This document shows, piece after piece, positions 61,517-64,000 of a DNA stretch of 64,000 bases. The first letter of the stretch is position 1, and each line of letters begins with the position of its first letter. The stretch is from Acutalibacteraceae bacterium. GTDB taxonomy: Bacteria; Bacillota; Clostridia; Oscillospirales; Acutalibacteraceae. A program made the translations under genes and the position numbers. The stretch lies in assembly GCA_045631405.1 (NCBI GenBank), contig JAZQUT010000090.1, positions 5,896 to 69,895 on the forward strand. The letters are read 5' to 3'. A model generated the notes under the pieces. The model made no database searches and was not told the origin of the DNA. It was given only the letters and a program-made list of their open reading frames with translations.

Positions 61517-62191
61517 ATGGAATTTATTAAATTAATTCTCACATCATTCTTTTCTGCACTGACTTTATTTATTATTGCAAAAATCATCGGTCACAAGCAG
61601 ATGTCTCAGCTTGATTTTTTTGATTATATAACAGGCATCACAATCGGCTCTATTGCTGCTGAAATGGCAACAGAGCTCGAAGAGCCGTGGAAGCCTTTTG
61701 TGGCAATGGTTGTTTATGGATTAATTACATTCTTCCTTGCTCTTATAACAACTAAATTGCCTAAAGCTAGGAAATTCATCAACGGCACTCCCACAATAAT
61801 AATGAACAACGGAAAAATCTATCGCAAAAATTTGAAAAAAGCAAAAATTGATTTAACTGAATTTATGGTTCTTTGCAGACAAGATGGCTATTTCAATCTC
61901 AATGATATTCACACCGCGATTTTTGAATACAACGGCAGACTCACAGTGCTTCCCAAGAGCTTAAAAAGACCTGTATGTCCCAGCGATATGGAACTAGAAC
62001 CACGTGAGGATTATATTTTCACCGAGGTTATTATGGACGGCAGAATTCTCGAAGAGAACCTAAAAAGAATGGGCTTGAACAGAATATGGCTGGAAAAGCA
62101 AATCAAGGCTCAGGGCTATAAAAGGGCTGAGGAGATTTTTCTTGCAGTATGCGATGAAAACAACACTCTTTCAATTTTCAAGGGAGAATAA
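61517..62191 (+). CDS. DUF421 (YetF-like) membrane protein
   Basis: GHKQMSQLDFFDYITGITIGSIAA is typical of DUF421. The ATG at 61517 has a GAGG RBS. Confidence 0.7.
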   Translation: MEFIKLILTSFFSALTLFIIAKIIGHKQMSQLDFFDYITGITIGSIAAEMATELEEPWKPFVAMVVYGLITFFLALITTKLPKARKFINGTPTIIMNNGKIYRKNLKKAKIDLTEFMVLCRQDGYFNLNDIHTAIFEYNGRLTVLPKSLKRPVCPSDMELEPREDYIFTEVIMDGRILEENLKRMGLNRIWLEKQIKAQGYKRAEEIFLAVCDENNTLSIFKGE

Positions 62192-62263
62192 TAACTTTCA
62201 TTGACACTTAAAATTCAATATGATAAAATCATTTAAACTATTTATTCACAGAGGTTTTTATTA

Positions 62264-62932
62264 ATGAAAAAATATTTATCAGCATCCTTAATGTGTGCCG
62301 ACCTTACAAACCTTATAAACTCTATAAAGGACCTTGAAAAAGCAGGTATTGATTACCTGCACATTGATATTATGGATGGCTCCTTTGTGCCTAACATCAC
62401 CTTAGGCTTTGATTTAATCAATGCAATTAAAAAGGTTACTGATATCCCACTTGATATTCATATGATGGTTAATGAGCCCTCTAAATTCATTGACAGAATG
62501 AATCTTTCTGAAAATGATATATTATGTGTTCATTATGAATCAGAAATACATATTCACAGAGTTCTTGAAATGATTAAAAACAAGGGTTGCAAGGCAGGTC
62601 TTGCACTTAATCCACAAACTCCCGTTGAAAGCATCAAGCATCTTACTGAATACATCGATATGCTTCTTGTTATGACAGTTTCTCCCGGCTTTGCAGGTCA
62701 GAAAATGTTCCTCGGCGCTGAAAAGAAGGTCGCTGAAGCTAAGGCTCTCTTAAAGGAATGGAATTGCGAGGATATGCTTATTGAGGTTGACGGAAATGTT
62801 AATCTCCCCAACGGAAGAAAGCTCTGCAGAAGCGGTGCTGACATCTTCGTTCTCGGTACAAGCGCCTTGTTCTTAAAGGACAAGACTATTACCGAGGCTG
62901 CAGAAGATTTTATTGAATATATTTCGGAGTAA
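62264..62932 (+). CDS. Ribulose-phosphate 3-epimerase family protein (AlsE/Rpe-like)
   Basis: SLMCADLTNL...LHIDIMDGSFVPNITLG...VSPGFAGQ signature. Confidence 0.85.
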   Translation: MKKYLSASLMCADLTNLINSIKDLEKAGIDYLHIDIMDGSFVPNITLGFDLINAIKKVTDIPLDIHMMVNEPSKFIDRMNLSENDILCVHYESEIHIHRVLEMIKNKGCKAGLALNPQTPVESIKHLTEYIDMLLVMTVSPGFAGQKMFLGAEKKVAEAKALLKEWNCEDMLIEVDGNVNLPNGRKLCRSGADIFVLGTSALFLKDKTITEAAEDFIEYISE

Positions 62933-62936
62933 AGCT

Positions 62937-63842
62937 ATGTATAATGATATCCGTGCTGCCGTTGTCGGCAGTATAAATATGGATTTAATCCTCAATATGA
63001 AAAGAGTTCCCGAGGTTGGCGAAAATGTTCTCGGCACAGATTACGGCTACGCTAACGGCGGCAAGGGCGCAAATCAGGCAACTGCATTAGCGCGACTTGG
63101 TGCAGAGGTCAAAATGATCGGCAAGGTTGCTGAGGACTCCAACGGAGCAAAGCTTCTCGAGAACTTAAAGAAAAACAATATTGACATTTCAGGCGTTGCA
63201 ACAGACGGCTCTCAGACAGGTCTTGCGGCAATCATTCTTGATGGCGACGGCAAAAACAGAATTGTTGTTTACGAGGGTGCAAACGCAGAAATCGGAAGTG
63301 ATAAAGCTATCAAGGAAATCGACAATGTTGACCTTTTGCTTCTGCAGTTTGAAACAAATGAAGAGGTTGTCATAAGCTGCGTTAACCACGCTGTAAAAAA
63401 CGGTATAACAACTGTTATTGACTGTGGTCCTGCAAAGAATTTCAGTCTTGAGAAAATGCAGGGCGCAACAATTCTTTCCCCTAATGAAAGTGAAACAAAA
63501 GCATTAACAGGCATTTACCCCAACAATGAAGAGAATATTCTTAAAGCTTCAAAAATTTTAGAAGAAAGAAGCAAGGCCAAATACATTGTATTAAAGCTTG
63601 GTGACAGAGGCTCAGCTCTTTGGGACGGAAAGGAATTAAAGACATTCCCTCCATACAAGAGTAATGTTGTTGACACAACTGCCGCAGGCGACTGCTTCAC
63701 CGCCACTCTCGCTCTTGAATATATCAAAAGCGGTGACATTGAAAAGGCCTGCGACCTTGGGAACAAGGCAGGCTCAATCGCAGTAAGCAGAATGGGTGCT
63801 CAGGACTCAATGCCAACCCTGGAAGAGATAATGAATATATAA
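62937..63842 (+). CDS. rbsK: Ribokinase (PfkB family)
   Basis: GGKGANQA and DTTAAGDCF motifs. The ATG at 62937 has a GGAG RBS. Confidence 0.85.
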   Translation: MYNDIRAAVVGSINMDLILNMKRVPEVGENVLGTDYGYANGGKGANQATALARLGAEVKMIGKVAEDSNGAKLLENLKKNNIDISGVATDGSQTGLAAIILDGDGKNRIVVYEGANAEIGSDKAIKEIDNVDLLLLQFETNEEVVISCVNHAVKNGITTVIDCGPAKNFSLEKMQGATILSPNESETKALTGIYPNNEENILKASKILEERSKAKYIVLKLGDRGSALWDGKELKTFPPYKSNVVDTTAAGDCFTATLALEYIKSGDIEKACDLGNKAGSIAVSRMGAQDSMPTLEEIMNI

Positions 63843-63878
63843 AAAAACTGACTGTTGAAAAATCAACAGTCAGTTTTT
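63843..63878. terminator. Bidirectional stem-loop terminator
   Basis: CTGACTGTTGA (63848-63858) pairs with TCAACAGTCAG (63863-63873). An A-run lies before the hairpin and a T-run after it. Confidence 0.75.
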
Positions 63879-63881
63879 ATT

Positions 63882-64000
63882 TTACTTAAACCATTCTAAA
63901 TCAACATTATCAGCAACTATTTTGCCACCTAATTTATTAGGATGAACATAGTCCTTGCCAAGATACTCTTTCTTTGAACATGTTGGCTTTTCGGGATTCA
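63882..64000 (-). CDS. C-terminal fragment of an unidentified protein (possibly SGNH/GDSL-type hydrolase); N-terminus outside the window
   Basis: My own translation gives ...NPEKPTCSKKEYLGKDYVHPNKLGGKIVADNVDLEWFK*. 'HPN..G' near the C-terminus is reminiscent of block V of SGNH hydrolases. The evidence is weak. Confidence 0.35.
   Translation of the reverse strand, partial: NPEKPTCSKKEYLGKDYVHPNKLGGKIVADNVDLEWFK

Noticed and set aside
1-64000. rRNA, tRNA, tmRNA, CRISPR arrays, prophage structural genes.
   Set aside because: None recognised by visual inspection of the intergenic regions, all of which are under ~350 nt. A tRNAscan/Infernal run would be the decisive check.

Overview
This is a 64-kb chromosomal segment from a low-GC Gram-positive anaerobe. 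It looks Clostridia-like: an rnfCDGEAB operon, a Spo0A-type regulator, a CotJC remnant, and a battery of glycoside hydrolases in which I saw no N-terminal signal peptides. I count about 57 protein-coding genes. By eye I found no rRNA, tRNA, CRISPR array, transposase or integrase.

Layout:
- (1) 1-9980: AT-rich accessory/defence-like region. Hand counts on single 60-nt lines give about 28-35% GC here versus about 47% in rnf. It holds a translationally coupled 'soluble 324-aa protein + 4-TM protein' cassette at the window edge. It also holds a restriction-modification island with three cytosine-5 methyltransferases, an AbrB-type small regulator, a 519-aa endonuclease candidate that is an internal tandem duplication of an MspI/HinP1I-like nuclease module, and a promoter-equipped 46-aa acidic EF-hand micro-ORF. 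One of the methyltransferases appears co-transcribed with recQ, a MazG-like gene and a NUDIX gene. The island abuts a 5'-truncated Mn-catalase/CotJC gene.
- (2) 10.7-23.2 kb: mixed genes, including a glycyl-radical enzyme plus activase whose Cys loop reads G-C-N-Q instead of G-C-V-E.
- (3) 23.2-37.2 kb: GH78, GH92, GH27, GH29, GH-D-like and BNR glycosidases, plus a rhomboid protease and a DUF2130 protein.
- (4) 37.3-46.6 kb: a 10-gene Mrp-type antiporter operon in the order E-F-G-B'-B-C-D-D-D-A, giving four NuoL/M/N-like subunits.
- (5) 46.6-55.9 kb: rnfCDGEAB with a double-FMN-domain RnfG, followed by a NusG-II protein, a Gx transporter, a tandem-repeat lipoprotein carrying a non-canonical GDLATAGCT motif, and ApbE.
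- (6) 56.2-60.6 kb: a Spo0A-like regulator with a degenerate receiver pocket, translationally coupled to a GH30 enzyme and to a GPH transporter with a 252-aa coiled-coil tail.
- (7) 60.7-64 kb: ICMT-like, DUF421, pentose-phosphate epimerase, ribokinase.

Best candidates for something undescribed are the fused-nuclease, three-methylase R-M island with its AbrB-type controller, the edge two-gene cassette, the ApbE-linked tandem lipoprotein, and the atypical glycyl-radical enzyme.

All family calls come from motif recognition by eye. No database search was run.
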